The notes beneath the pieces were generated by a model. It saw only the letters and a program-made list of their open reading frames with translations, ran no database searches and was not told where the DNA came from. Shown one piece after another: positions 25,514-38,010 of a stretch of 64,000 nt of DNA (the first letter of the stretch is position 1; every line of letters begins with the position of its first letter). The stretch is from Lama guanicoe (Eukaryota): the NCBI GenBank assembly GCA_013239625.1, contig MU053873.1, positions 2,060,524 to 2,124,523 of the forward strand, read 5' to 3'. The position numbers were made by a program, and so were the translations under genes.

Positions 25514-26369
25514 GGCCAGATGAACTCCCATCCCTGTAAGCAGTGACATTGAATGGTGTCTTCGATGTTCCACTGCACCCTCTCCCTAACTCCAAGATCC
25601 CTGAGATTCTGAGGGCTTTTGGAGGGGCTGGCCAACCCAGAAGAGGGGCCCAGAGCATTGAACTGAGTTGGCTTTCCACAAATTTAGACGCAGCCCAGGT
25701 GAGATGACACAGAGCTTCTGGGATCAATATTCCTGTGAAGAATCAGAGAGCAGGGCTAGGGGCAGGAGTGGTGGTGGTGGTGGGGGTCAAGGTGACAGCT
25801 CCCCAGAAGCCCCTCCACCCCCAGCCGCCCAGGTCGCAGGATGCTCACCGCCTCTGCCCGGCTGCTCTGATAAATCGACTCCCCCTCTGGGAGCCTCCCA
25901 ACTTGCAGTTGGTAAACAAAGCCTTTATTTCTCCGACCAGTAGGGAGAAATTTCAGGTCTTCATAATTAAGTGTCCTGGTGAAGGGCAGCTGCCGAATTC
26001 TGGCGCTGGGTGCCCGTCAGGAGGTGATGGATGGTAACAACACATCATTCCAGCGGCAGCCCGGCTGTGAGCTACGGGGGTCGTATATCACGGCAGGGCC
26101 GTCCGATCTTCACTGCACGCGGGCGCAGGAAGCTTGCTCTGGCGGAGGGGGTGGGGAAGAGGGGTCTGGGCTGGCCGGGGGCCAGAGCAGGCTGGACTGA
26201 GCCCCCATGACCAGTTTTTCCTGCCTCCCACAGTCTTCCCCATCTATCTCATTGCTCTGGTGGCCAAATTTGATCCTGCCCTTAAGTGGCTCTGGACTTC
26301 CTTTGCTTTTTCTCTGTCTCAGGGGCATCACCCTCACCCAAGCCACCAGCTGCCCCTCTTGCTCTGCTC

Positions 26370-26749
26370 CCCCATGGTTGGTGGGATGTCATTCTCTGCC
26401 CCTGAAGGTGACCATGTTACCCACTTTGATCAACAGAATGAAGCCAAGGTAACAGCACATCAGTGCCAAGTCAAAGCCCCAGGAAGCCTTGCAGCTCCCA
26501 CGCACTCTCTTGTGCTTCCGCCATCACTACAAGAAGGACACGGCTAGACTTCCAGGTCTGAGGAGGAGGATAAGGGACACGTGGATCAAGGCTTTTCCAG
26601 CTAAAGTGCTTCAGCCAAGTCCAATGTAAAGTAGAGTACCCGCCAGCCCCCACTGACCCCCAGAGTGTGAGCTATAATAAAAGATGGCAGTTCCTATACA
26701 CCACCAAATTGAGGAGGTGTTTGTTGTGCAGCAGTAGCTAGCTGATACA
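26370..26749 (+). mobile_element. MaLR solo LTR (MLT1-family)
   Basis: gaccatgttacccactttgatcaacagaatgaagc...gtttgttgtgcagcagtagctagctgataca terminus. Confidence 0.65.
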
Positions 26750-26764
26750 TATAGCCCATGGCCA

Positions 26765-27230
26765 TTGCATGATCTCAGCCCTTCTGACCTCTCCAATCTC
26801 ATCTTTTAACATTTTCCTCTGTGGTTATTGCTCTTCCCTGCCTCAGGGCCTTTGCCTATGCAGCACCCTCCACCTGGAAGGCCTTCTCATGCTATCTTCC
26901 CACCCTTTAGGCCTCAGTGTAAATGCTACCTCCTTTGAGAGACTCCCCTTGACCTCTCCATCAAAAGTAGGCTTCCCAGCTTGTCACATTCTCTGTTTCA
27001 GTCTCTTATTTATGTCCTTCATGAAAGTGAAATTTGGGCAGGGAATTATTTTTTCTTTCCTGACTGTCCCCACCCCACCCAAGCCCCTTGTTTTTTCTGT
27101 CTCTTCTCTCCTGCCAGCCATAGGATGACAGTGGCCAAGTCTCAGGGTCTCTTTTACTTACAGTTGTGTCCCCAGCACCGAGCTCACTGCTTGCACATAG
27201 TAGGTGCTCAGTCAGGACTGTTGACTGACT
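26765..27230 (+). mobile_element. L2 3' end
   Basis: cctgcctcagggcctttgc...aaatgctacctcctttgagagactcccctt...ccccagcac...gcacatagtaggtgctcag. Confidence 0.75.
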
Positions 27231-27869
27231 GTGGACGTGCTGTCTCACAGTGTGTTCACAGCAGCACTGGGCTAGAACCAGGTCTTGGTGGCTTTCCATC
27301 AGCCCCTGCTTTGGGCGGACAAAGGCTTCATAAGTGCATTAATGCTATGTGATGGGAAGCCTGGAGTGGCTGGCGGGACTAAGTGGGGCAAAGGGGCCAT
27401 TAGGTGTGGGCTCTTTGGGGCAGGGCAGGGACACATGCCCATCATGTCACCATTGTGTCCCTGGAGCTCACACCACGCCTGGCCCAGAACCATTTCCATA
27501 ACTATTGTTTGGTCCGCAGATGAAAGAAGGTTCCTAACTCAAGGCTCAGATGGACCCCAGGGGCCCGTGAACCTTTGAAATGGTGAGCACAGTGCAGAAG
27601 TCACAGCTCAGTGAGGGGCTGTGTCCAGGACAGGCTTGTGGAGCCCTCTTGCTCTCCTGGGCTTCACAGAGGTAATCAGGTCCATTTCCTGCAGACCTTT
27701 TCAGAGCCTTTAATATGCTAATGCACACTGGGACTCCCAGAGGGGATTAAGAAAGCCTTGTTGCCCAGCAATATCCAGTAGGGGACTAGAGGATTCTTTA
27801 ATTGGGACTATTTTATGGATTTCTGGTCTGCAGAACACCCTAGCCAGGAGTAGGTTTGTGAATTACGCC

Positions 27870-28120
27870 TTTCTCACCATAGCCAGTCCTCAGGTATTTT
27901 TCATTTGGCCCATGCAGGGTTTAGAAAGTCATGTAGGGTTTTTTTTTTTTTTACTTAAAAAAAAATCTACATTGCCAGCTTCTCTCAAAGAACTAAGAAG
28001 CAGGGTGCAGTCTGGGTCAACATTCCTGCATGGCAGTAACCAGCGGCAGCTGACTAGCCTCCTACAGTATGGGCAGGGCCTGGGCTCTATAGTTAGCCAG
28101 AGTCCCCACCACTCCCTAGT
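27870..28120. mobile_element. MER102-like hAT-Charlie relic
   Basis: tttggcccatgcagggtt...cagcttctctc...cattcctgcatggcagtaaccagcggcagctgactagc. Confidence 0.5.
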
Positions 28121-28701
28121 GTTGCCTTCTGTTCTCTTTATGCCTTTCCCTTCCTCCTATAGTCCTAAGACTCCTGAGTTTGTTCCTTGTGGCCCAGAAT
28201 GTCATGTGCAGCCCAGGAGGCTGGTCTCTGCCCTGCAGGAGGGGAGTAGGAATGCCTGCCTCTCCTGACTGGTTGGCACATTTCCTCGGGAAAGGTGGGA
28301 GCCCCAGGGATGGGCTCTGAGCCTGTCTGGGGAGCGGAGATGGCTCCAGTGACAGCCCCACCCTGGGCAGGACAAAGGGAAAGAGAGAGAAGGAGACAGC
28401 TCAGATTTCTTTTCAGAGGTCTTTGGGCTGTGGGGGGAGCAGGGCCTTGAGGGGGAGTTGAGGGGCAGGCGGGTGGGAGGGGACGGGGCCTGAGACCAGC
28501 TTACATCTCGCCAGCAGGGAGTTGTTTTGCCTTCTTGCCTAAGAGGTCAGAGCTGGAGGTGCGAGCAGGCCAGCTGCGCTGAGTCCTGGGAAGGTCCGGG
28601 GCTGCCCCTGCTGACCTGGGGGCCTGGGGCTGGCATGAGACTGGGCCTAAGGGTTTGGGTCAAATTCCAGGGTCTGCATGGTCAGAAGTTCTAACAGGAA
28701 G

Positions 28702-29019
28702 ATTATTATTACTGTTACTATTATTATTAGATTAAATTTAATATACAATATTGTATTAATGAATCATTATATTATTATAAAATAATTGTTACTATTATTA
28801 ATATTATATTATTAATTATTATATTTTAAACAATAATATGTTAATAATAAATAACATTATTATAATAATTATTACAATTATTAGTATTACTATTAGATTA
28901 TTATTATACTTAATATGATATAATATATTAATAATTATACTAATTAATATTAGTATTAGATTATTAATTCTTATTATATTTAATATATAATCAAATATGT
29001 TAATAGTTATTATTATATT
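28702..29019. repeat. AT-rich low-complexity tract, degenerate (TAT/AAT)n
   Basis: About 320 bp of almost only A/T with recurring tattagattatta, inside GC-rich flanks. Confidence 0.95.
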
Positions 29020-29886
29020 GTCTGAGGGGTCAGCTCCTCTCTGTCCTTCAACAGCCAGCTCAAATGGCCCTTTGGCTCTGCCGCCTTTTGTGATGCTCCC
29101 CAGAGCTGGACAATCTCCTGAACCGGGTCAGCCTCCTGCTGTCCCGAGGCCCTCAGTGAAGCCCTCTGTCCAGGGGCTCAGATGAGGGGACAGCAGTGCT
29201 CCCAACCCCTAACTCACCTTGTGCCTCACACCCGCCCGTGACAGCACCTTTCCTCCTGGGCCAGGTTTGCCCTGCCCCCTGCCCCCTGCCCCCTCATCAG
29301 GTGTCCTCCGTGCCTGGTACCCATGGCCTCCGTGTGCACAGGGCTGTGTCTGAGCCGAGCTGGGGGCAGCTCCGTGAATGGTCTCCCTGTCTGCGGCCAT
29401 GCGGTCATGTCCTGTGTGGGGCTGAGGTAATGGGGTGGCGGGTGGTGGCGCAGGGACCCCAGCGAGAAACCCTGCCTGGCCCGGCTGCAGGATGAGCTGA
29501 CTTTTCCAGATTCCTCCCACCGTCTGGCCCAGTTGCCAATGCAAACATGGGGACTCTTCTTTTCGGGGCTCTGGCTGTTGAACCTGGGGTCAGGAGGCAG
29601 CCCACAGTCTTCCCTTCACCTGGCCCCTGGATGGTTAACCCTTTGTACCTCGCCCTGGCCTTGGGGCTGGGATGCCACAGAAGGGCCATTGAAGCTGATG
29701 ACTCAGTTTCCCCCAGAACTCCATGAAGCATCTGGGACTCTGGTGAGGTCACAGTGCAGGGACTAGGCTCTGTGCTTCTCAGGGTGTTACTTGTCCCACC
29801 TCCCCATCTGACAGATGGGGAAACTGAGACCGAGAGAAGAAGAAGGACTTACCCAAAGTCCCATTTCTCGTTGGTTGCTGGGCTGG

Positions 29887-29981
29887 GATGATGATGATGG
29901 GGATAATGATGGTGATGATGATGATGGTGGTGATGGTGCTGATGGTGGTGATGATGATGATGATGGTGGTGATGATGATGG
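29887..29981. repeat. (GAT/GGT)n trinucleotide microsatellite
   Basis: gatgatgatgatggggataatgatggtgatgatg...; produces the poly-Met/Val ORF 29888-30106. Confidence 0.95.
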
Positions 29982-30185
29982 TAGCTAACAGTTCTCCTGC
30001 CTGCCATGTGCCAGGTCCTATTCTAAGTGCTTTATGTTTATTGACTCATTTAATCCTTATCATAGCCCCAGGAAGTAAGAACTTAGTATCCCCATTTGAC
30101 AGATGAGGAAACCAAGGCACAGAGAGGTTAAGCCACTTGCTAAGTGTTGCACAGCTCATCTATAGTGAATCCAGGATTTGCTCCC
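29982..30185 (-). mobile_element. MIR (near full 3' part)
   Basis: tagctaaca...ccatgtgccaggtcctattctaagtgcttta...actcatttaatcct...ccccatttgacagatgaggaaaccaaggcacagagaggttaag. Confidence 0.9.
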
Positions 30186-31046
30186 CTAAGTTAGGGCTTC
30201 CACCAACTGCCCGTGCATCTGTTGAATGGGGATAAGGATTTCTGTCCTCCCTGCCTTGAGAGGCTGCTCAGAAGGGCCAGGGCACTTTCACGGAGGAAGG
30301 GAAAGCACGTTGCAAACTATGAAGGGCTGAGGCTAAGGGGAGCTTTGCTGCTCATTTGCCCATGCAGATGAGGCTGTTTTTCAGGTCATCATCTCCACAC
30401 TGCCTGGGGGCTCTACCAGTGTTAGAATCAATCTCCTGGGGCCCTTTCCTGGACAGTACTGATGCCCAGAGCCACCCAGGAGCAGGGCTGATTTCACAGC
30501 CATGGGATCCTCCCATCAGCCCAATGAGTGGGACTGTGATGTCCCCACCGACAGAGGCCCAGGAGTGGCTGGTGGGGGAACCGCTGAGGCAGGAGCAGAC
30601 CAGAGCATCTGGGAAGCACCCACTCCTGGTGGGAGGAGCTTAAGAACTGAGGCTGTTGTTGGTCTGGGAGCAGGTGGGCTGGCTTGGTCAGGAACACAGG
30701 TTTGTTGCAGGGAGGCGCAGTGAGTCCAAGGACACGGAGGGGCAGCTGGCGGTACAGCCTTCCCCTAGAAGCACTGGGGCGACCCGTGTTTAGTGAGCCA
30801 GGCCGGAGCCCAGGTGCTGTGTGGGGAGCAGGGTTAACACACGTGCCGTGACACGAGGAAGAGGAGCCACAAGCCAGGGCTGACCTCTGCGGCGTCTTTC
30901 CATCATTTCCAATCTTGAGAATTTCGCTGGAAGAAACAAGACGGTGCATTTGTCTTGTGGGGTTTCAAGTCCTAGGAGGAGACACTGTCCTATGTTCCCC
31001 CAAGTACACAAGCTTGGTTCTTGAGTATTTGTCAGTGGAGGTGCTT

Positions 31047-31754
31047 TATTTTTTAAATTTTTAAATTTGTTATTTTTTATTGACGTATAGTCAGTTTATT
31101 ATTGTGTTAATTTCTGGTGTACAGCATAGTGATTCAGTTCCACGTATATTCCTTTTTATATTCTTTTCATTATAGGCTACTACAAGGTTTTGAGTATAGT
31201 TCCCTGTGCTCTACCGTAGGACTTTATTGTTTATCTATTTTATATATAGTAGTTAGTATCTGCAAATCCGAAAGTCCCAATTTATCCCTCCATCCCCCTC
31301 CTTATCCCCCTGGTAACCATAAGTTTGTTTTCTATGTCTGTGAGTCTGTTTCTGTTTTGTAAATAAGTTCATTTGTCTCTTTTTTTTTTTAGATTCCACA
31401 TATAAATGATATCATATGGTATTTTTCTTTCTCTTTCTAGCTTACTTCATTTAGTATAACGATCTCCAGGTCCATCAATGTTGCTGCAAATGGCATTCTT
31501 TTATTCTGAGTAGAATTCCTATACACCACAACTTCTTTATCCAGTCATCTGTGTGGACACTTAGGTTGCTTCCATGTCTTGACTGTTATAAATAGTGCTG
31601 CTGTGAACAATGAGGTGTATGTATCTTTTCGAATTAGAGTTTCCTCCAGATACATGCCCAGGAGCAGGATGGCCAGATCATAGAGTAATTCTATTTTTAG
31701 TTTTCTAAGGAATCTCCATATTGTTTTCCACAGTGGCTGCACCTCACTACAGCC
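31047..31754 (-). mobile_element. Lineage-specific 5'-truncated L1 (artiodactyl/camelid-like) with degenerate TSD
   Basis: Poly-T tail and antisense 3'UTR; ORF 31545-31742(-) reads QPLWKTIWRFLRKLKIELLYDLAILLLG...WKQPKCP, the L1 ORF2p C-terminus; flanks tcagtggaggtg (31032-31043) and tcagtagaggtg (31755-31766), the latter followed by aattt/aaaa. Confidence 0.92.
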
Positions 31755-33532
31755 TCAGTAGAGGTGAATTTAAAACATCCCATTGTTGGAGGAAATTTTG
31801 GGTCTCTGGTTTTGCGTGAGGCAGGAAGCAAGAAGAGACTAAACAATGGGTGTCTCCCAAAGAGGGGGGAGAAGACTGTAGTTGATTTGGCCCGCTCAGC
31901 GCTGTCCTGGGGAGGGTGGCACTGTCAGTAGACCCATGGGACAGGCTGATGGGGAAACTGAGGCTCGCCGAGGCAAAAGTGGCCTCAGCACAGTGTGTCT
32001 GAGAGCCTGGGTCTGACAGGCATGGCATCAGCAGCCTGCCTGGAGGATTAGCAGCATGATGAAGTCACCCAGAGCAGGCACGTCGCACAGGAGATGTGCA
32101 TCCACTCCCCGGTGTTCTGGTCCCTTTTCTGTCTGCGCACCTGGGAGTCCCTCGTGGGGATTTGTTATCTCCGGAGGGTGAGAGCTGAGGCTTCGCTGGC
32201 TGCCCCAGCCCGGTGTGACCCTGCAGTCGCACCCCTGTGAATTAATCTTGCATCTTTTGGGGTACTTGCATTGTATTCCATCAGCCCCAGCCGAGGCCAG
32301 AACGCGTGGGCTGTGAGTTCTTATCCCTTGTGGGGAGAAAGGCAACCTTTCCCCCCTACACTTCTTAATCTTCTAGGCACCCCTGTTTTTGTGTAGTGGA
32401 AGGATGCTCCTGACCCACCTTTAAAGGGCTGGACCAAGGCATTTGGCCAAATTGCCCCCTGGAGAATGCAAGTCGAGAACACTGAGGGCTGGGTGTTAGG
32501 AGATGTGTCCCAGGCCTCTCTTTCACCTCTGGAAAGGGCATTTTGACAAAACGCTGAATTTTGTTCTATTCGAGCTGCTCCAAGAAGGTTGACTCTTCCT
32601 TCAAGGTCTGGGTCCTTCCCTGCCCTGACTGGGGCCTCATCTGACCACCCCTCTGTGCCCACCCCCAGCCTCTCCACCCCCTAAGCCTCCCTGCTGACCC
32701 TCCACCCATCTCCATCATGACCATTTCAGAGCACCTGCCAGTCACCAACCACGTGTTCTCATCCATTGTCACCGTCTTAGTGGACAGTCCAAATCCAGGA
32801 GGCAGATCCCACTGAATGCTGAGGAATCTGAGGCTCAGAGAGGTATAGATAGCTGTCCAACGTCACCCAGCCCTCGACGGCCAAGCCCGGACTCATACCA
32901 AGACTTCCCAGTTCTCTCCTGCTCCCTTCTTGCAGTCAAGAAAAATTCCCAGTGTTCGTGCATGGTTCATGACTTCCCCTCCCAGTTTAAAATTGGGGGA
33001 CATAACTCAACTAATTAACCAAACCAACCAAAAAAGAAGAAAAAAAATCTCTTGGCTAAACTCCCTGCTCGGCTCCTTCCAGAAGCCCAGGGGATTCCTT
33101 TTTGGCCTATCTGAAGGAGGTGGGAGCCCAGCCGGGGAGGAGGGTTCGCCCTTCGACTCTTTGTGGTGGACTAGGGGGTGGGGGGGCATTTCTGAGGCCA
33201 CTGCTTTGGAGGCCCTTGTGCCCTCCCCTTCTCCAGCTGCAGCCCCCTCCCCCTCCTCAGGTCTCCTGGCAGGACCGAGGGGGGCCTGGGCGCTTGTCAC
33301 TGCATCTTAGCAATCGGAATGTGCCCTCTGACCCCGCCTTCGCCTCCCCGTGAGTTTCAGAGAAGGTTCTTTTTTTCCAAACCGCTGCCCCTCAGCCTTC
33401 TGGAAACAAATGGAACTTGATTCAGTCTGTGTGTGGCTTGAAAAGCCACTGTTTGGGGGGTTACTTAAAAAAAAATTCTTCAGAACCCTTGCGACGTTTG
33501 AAGGACTTTTCTTTTCAGCTGGGAGGATCCAG

Positions 33533-34009
33533 CCAGGCCAGGATGCTCTGTCTGGGAGAGGGAAAGGGGTCTGGCCCATCTGCGGGGAGACAGAGAGGCC
33601 CCTTCGGCTCAGCTGCCCACCTGATAGCCCCAGATTGGGTTTCTCACCGACTTTTCATTGTATACAGAGCTGGGACTCCCTTTGGGGGTTGGAGGGCCCT
33701 GGGGACTTCAAAGGTCAGGGGCTCCATTTTCTAGAACATTCTGAAGCTTTGGAAGGAGCCCTAAAGCCAGACCAGGCCAGGATCTCTGTCTGGGGAGGGG
33801 AAAGGGGTCTGGCCCATCTGCGGGGAGACAGAGAGGCCCCTTCGGCTCAGCTGCCCACCTGATAGCCCCAGATTGGGTTTCTCACCGACTTTTCATTGTA
33901 TACAGAGCTGGGACTCCCTTTGGGGGTTGGAGGGCCCTGGGGACTTCAAAGGTCAGGGGCTCCATTTTCTAGAACATTCTGAAGCTTTGGAAGGAGCCCT
34001 AAAGCCAGA
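33533..34009. repeat. Direct tandem duplication, 2 x ~238 bp
   Basis: 33533-33771 and 33772-34009 read identical except for a few differences in the first ~30 bp. Confidence 0.97.
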
Positions 34010-34370
34010 GAGGAAGGAACAGGGTGGGAGAGTTGCCTGAAAACCAGCTGGACTGAAAAGTCACAGCAGCCGAGACCCCTGGGCTTGTCTCCTCGACAGC
34101 ATGAGATGTTTCTTCGCCGGAAAGGAGGCTCTCTCAGCTGCCGCGGCCTTCGCCCCCGTGCACACCTGTCCCGGGCCCTTGTCCCAGCACACTGTTTCCT
34201 GGGGGCCCCACCGGCTGAATGGGTAAGGGGCCGAGTCGTGAGCCTCTGATCTTATCTCTGCTCTGCCACTGTGTGGCCTCAGCACAGGGGGTCCCATTCC
34301 CATCCTTTCGGAGCCATTCTCCTAATTTCCTTAATGAGAAGCCAGTAATCCAACCATCCCGACTCCAGAT

Positions 34371-34585
34371 CAGGGCTCAGCAAACTTTTATCTGCAAAGG
34401 GCCAGAGAGTCAATATTTTAAGTTTTGCGGTCTCTCTTCTACTCAGCTCGGCCATTGGAACGTGAAAGGAGTCACAGACAACGCATAATGGAACGAAGGT
34501 GGCTGTGTTCCAATAAAACTTTATTTTCAAAAACAGGCAACAGGCTGGATGTGGCCCATGGTGGGCAGTGGTTTGCCAACTTCTG
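34371..34585 (+). mobile_element. MER58A (hAT-Charlie MITE)
   Basis: cagggctcagcaaacttt...aagggccagagagtcaatatttt...ggctgtgttccaataaaactttattt...gtttgccaacttctg; flanks ctccagat/gtgtagat. Confidence 0.88.
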
Positions 34586-34669
34586 GTGTAGATTTTTGGG
34601 TAAAGTTCCTTGGGATGGCCATGTTACAAGTCTGTAATGAGAGCATGATTGTGTCAAAGATGGTGGACG

Positions 34670-35080
34670 GCCAAGGTGAATAGTTGAAAGCTGGGCTTTG
34701 AGGGCGGGCAGGCATGGGTTCTAGTCCCGTCTCTGAAGCACAACTGCTGTGTGACCTGGAGCCAGTCGCTTCCCCTCTCTGAGCCTCAGTTCCCTTCTTT
34801 GTAAAATGCAGGCTATAGCAGTACCTACTCTACAGGGTTGGCTGTTGTGATGACGTCTTAGCAATGCCTGGTGATGACGAGCCCTCAGCAAGCACCAGGT
34901 CACTCTTTTCCCCTTGGGTCCAGCCCCTGGGGTCCCTGGCGAGCCACAGGGATAATATAAAATGCTTCCTGTTTCTTAATCAAGGTTCGAATTCCAACCC
35001 TGAGACTAAATTGCTGGGTGACTGTGGGCAAAGCACTTCACCTCTCTGAGCCTCAGACTCGTTCATCTCTAGAATGGGGC
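34670..35080 (+). mobile_element. Two MIR copies
   Basis: gctgtgtgacctggagccagtc...ctctctgagcctcagttccc...gtaaaatg; gggcaaagcacttcacctctctgagcctcag. Confidence 0.85.
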
Positions 35081-35359
35081 TAAACATCTCTAACTCTCAG
35101 TATCATTGCACCTAGAAGGAGGTAAAAGAAGGCGCTTGCTCCCCTTCTACACACAGTCCTGTCTGTTATGGTGGCTGCCCAGGTGGCCATCTGGAGGCTG
35201 GGTCTCAGCAGAACTCTTAGTTCTCTCCCCTCCACCATCCTCATCTCCATTAATGGTGCCATCATCTTCCCAATGGCTCAGCCACACCCAAGGACTTGTC
35301 CTGAGTCCCCCTCCCATCCATCCACATCCCATCTTGCTAACTGCAGGCAAATACAGCCC

Positions 35360-35785
35360 CCGTAAATTCCTGCCTGCTGGTCCCTGCATGCTGCCCCTCT
35401 CCTTAGCAAGTGGGGTCCATTTCCCTGCCCTGGACTCTGGGTTCAGCCCTGGGACTCACTTTAGCCAAGAGAATGTGGTGGAAGGCCTTTGTGTGGGTTC
35501 TCAAGAAGTCTTGCTGCTTCCACTCTCACTCTCGTGCTGCCCTGAGCTGCTGTGGAAGGAAGCCCGGGCTATCCTGCTGGAGAGACATGCCACCTACTGG
35601 GGGCTGAGATGCCCCAGCCAACAGCCAGCCCCAAAGCCTCAGGCCCATGGGTGGGGCTTCTGGGGTATTTCCAGCCCAGCCTGGCTTCAAGCTGAATACA
35701 GGTGTAGGAGTGGGCCCCTGAGACACCGTGTGGAGCAGAGATAAACTGTCCCCACTGAGCCTGGCGAGACTTCTGACCCACGTTT
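35360..35785 (+). mobile_element. MaLR LTR (MLT1F/G-like)
   Basis: gtggggtccatttccctgccctggactctggg...actttagccaagagaatgtggtggaag...ccagcccagcc. Confidence 0.65.
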
Positions 35786-35789
35786 CTGT

Positions 35790-35960
35790 CTAGAATCTCA
35801 TTCATTCCTGCCGGTGACACAGTGAGAGAGGTCCAATACTGACCCCACTTCACAGATGAGGAAAGCAAGGCTCAGAGAGGGAAGTGGCTTGCCTGAGGCC
35901 ACACAGCACGTGAGGGGCAGAGCCGGGATGAGTCTGGGTTGGTGGGAGCCACGCAAGGGC
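35790..35960 (-). mobile_element. MIR
   Basis: ccccacttcacagatgaggaaagcaaggctcagagagggaagtggcttgcctgaggccacacagc. Confidence 0.85.
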
Positions 35961-37819
35961 TCTCACCACTGCATGGTTTCCTTGCTGCCTCCCGCTCCCG
36001 TGTGGCCACCCAGATCAGAGGAAGAATCAGGGCTTTGGACGCATTTTGGGGACAGGTCAACCTTGCTTCCTTTCTCTTTCTTCGAACCACAAACTGCCCT
36101 CTACCTGCCCTCTTTCTCGCTGCTGCGTTTTTTTCTCCTGAGACAGATGTTTCCCCTTCCTCTCTCCAAAGCCAATTCAAGTTCCCCCAGTTTTTCTAGA
36201 ACATGTAACATGTGCGTTACCATTGCTTGTGGCAAAAGCTGAGATCTAGATACTTATTTCCAAGTGGATATTTTTGAGGAGGGTGAGTGCACTCATTTCC
36301 CCCGCAGTCAACTCCCTCTCAGCAGTGGGGCCTGGACCTTTGCGGTTTCCAGGGGACCTGCTGCCCAGCAGACCCCCGGAAGCCCGTCCTGCTCCCTGCG
36401 CTGCTGCTGGAGTGCCTCCTCTGCGGTGAGACCCCGCCTTCTCCAAGTCCCAGCCGCGGCTGCCGGATCTGACTCAGGGTCTGCTGGCTGGCTGAGTGAC
36501 CTCTGTCCGAGGGAATGCCCACCGTCCAGCTGGGTGACTGCTCACAGGTCCTTTCCCTCTCAGAAACTCAGTCTCTCATCTGTAAAGCGGGGATCCAGAG
36601 CTTCCGTCACGGAGAGGATGTGGTGACAGCCAAGTGTGGCCCCGGGTGCATTGTTCACACTCGCTAAATCCCAGCGGTGACCAGGCTGGTGCAGCTTTCA
36701 TCCATCTGTACGTGGATGTGTGCGTGAGTTCTGTGCACCTGCTGTCCTGTCTAGACACCTGGGCCCACCCACTCGGCCAGGATGCAGCGCTGCCCCATCC
36801 CCCTGGAGGAGCTCCTTTGTGTGATCCCTTTAGAGTTGGGCCCATCCTGACCTTGACCGCATCCCCAGGCAACCACTCACCTGTTCTCCAACTCTGTGTT
36901 TCATCATTACATGCACACGCTATAAATTGCCCTCTCTGCACTTTTTATTTCCGTTTGAGAAAGTGTTCTCAAATACTCCTCTTCAAATGTGCCACCAGCC
37001 TCTGGGAGGCTGTGGGATGCCAGCAAGTGTGTTTTCATTCTCGTCGACAGAACAGAAAGGCTGTAAGACACGTGGGGAAACTGAGGCGCAGCAGGGGAAC
37101 CCTACTGGCCTCAAGCCACACAGCAAGTGGGCCCATGAGCCCAGCTGGCTCCTTCTCCAGCCCCAGGGATTCCGTCAGCCCAGCAAAAACACAAACAAAC
37201 AGTCTGACCAGGTGACGGATCTTCAAACGGCCCCCTCGACCTCCCACCTGCCTGGTTCCTTGGGTGGCGTCTGGTTTCTGGGAGTTTCCCGGGCATGGCA
37301 GGGGGTCCCTCATGGATCCCTCCCTGCTCATGACAGTTTTCCCAGATGCTCACTCCCCAGGACCCCAGTAAGGCTGGTAGAGAGCAAGCAGATGGGCTCA
37401 GCCCCCATCCAGGTGAGCTGGGGCCACCAGCCCCAGCCACAGACAGGCCCCTCCGGGTGTGGTTGCTGGGCAAAGGAGCAGACTTGAACGTCAATAAACG
37501 CCGCTGTCGGAGAGCTGACCCACACCCTCCCTGGAATTAAGAGCTTATTCATAACTCTCTCCCTCCACCAAAACACACTTTGGAGAGGACTAAAGTAAAT
37601 AATGTCACTTAACCTGACCTCCTTGGGGCTCACGGCCCTGCCCAGGCCCTGCCACTCAGAGGGGAAAATTGGCACCTCTCCCCTCAGACCACTTGGACCA
37701 CCCCAAAGTCTCCCCCTTAGAGAAATAATCAGATCATCTCACAGTCCAGCAGGGGTGGGGTGGGAGGGATGGGGGGCCAGGTGGTGATGGATGGGGTTGG
37801 AGAGGAGGTGACAGTCCAC

Positions 37820-38010
37820 TATTGATTGAGGGCACATTGAGGAATCTGGATCCTATTCCAAGAGCAGTGGGAAGCTCTGGAAAGGATTTTAAGTGGTGGG
37901 GGGGAGGATGTGAGATGATTTATGTTTTTGAAAACATCACTCTGACCGCCGTGTGGGAAGCTGACTGTTGAGGGCAGGAGTGGAAGTTGGGAGGCTACTG
38001 AAGGCACTCA
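37820..38010 (-). mobile_element. L2 fragment
   Basis: cagtgggaagctctggaaaggattttaag...gatttatgtttttgaaaacatcactctgaccgccgtgtgg. Confidence 0.7.

Noticed and set aside
29888..30106. Poly-Met/Val ORF
   Set aside because: Translation of an (ATG/GTG)n microsatellite running into a MIR.
33350..33862. 170-aa ORF with an internal repeated peptide
   Set aside because: The repeat arises from reading across the 238-bp tandem duplication; no coding signature.
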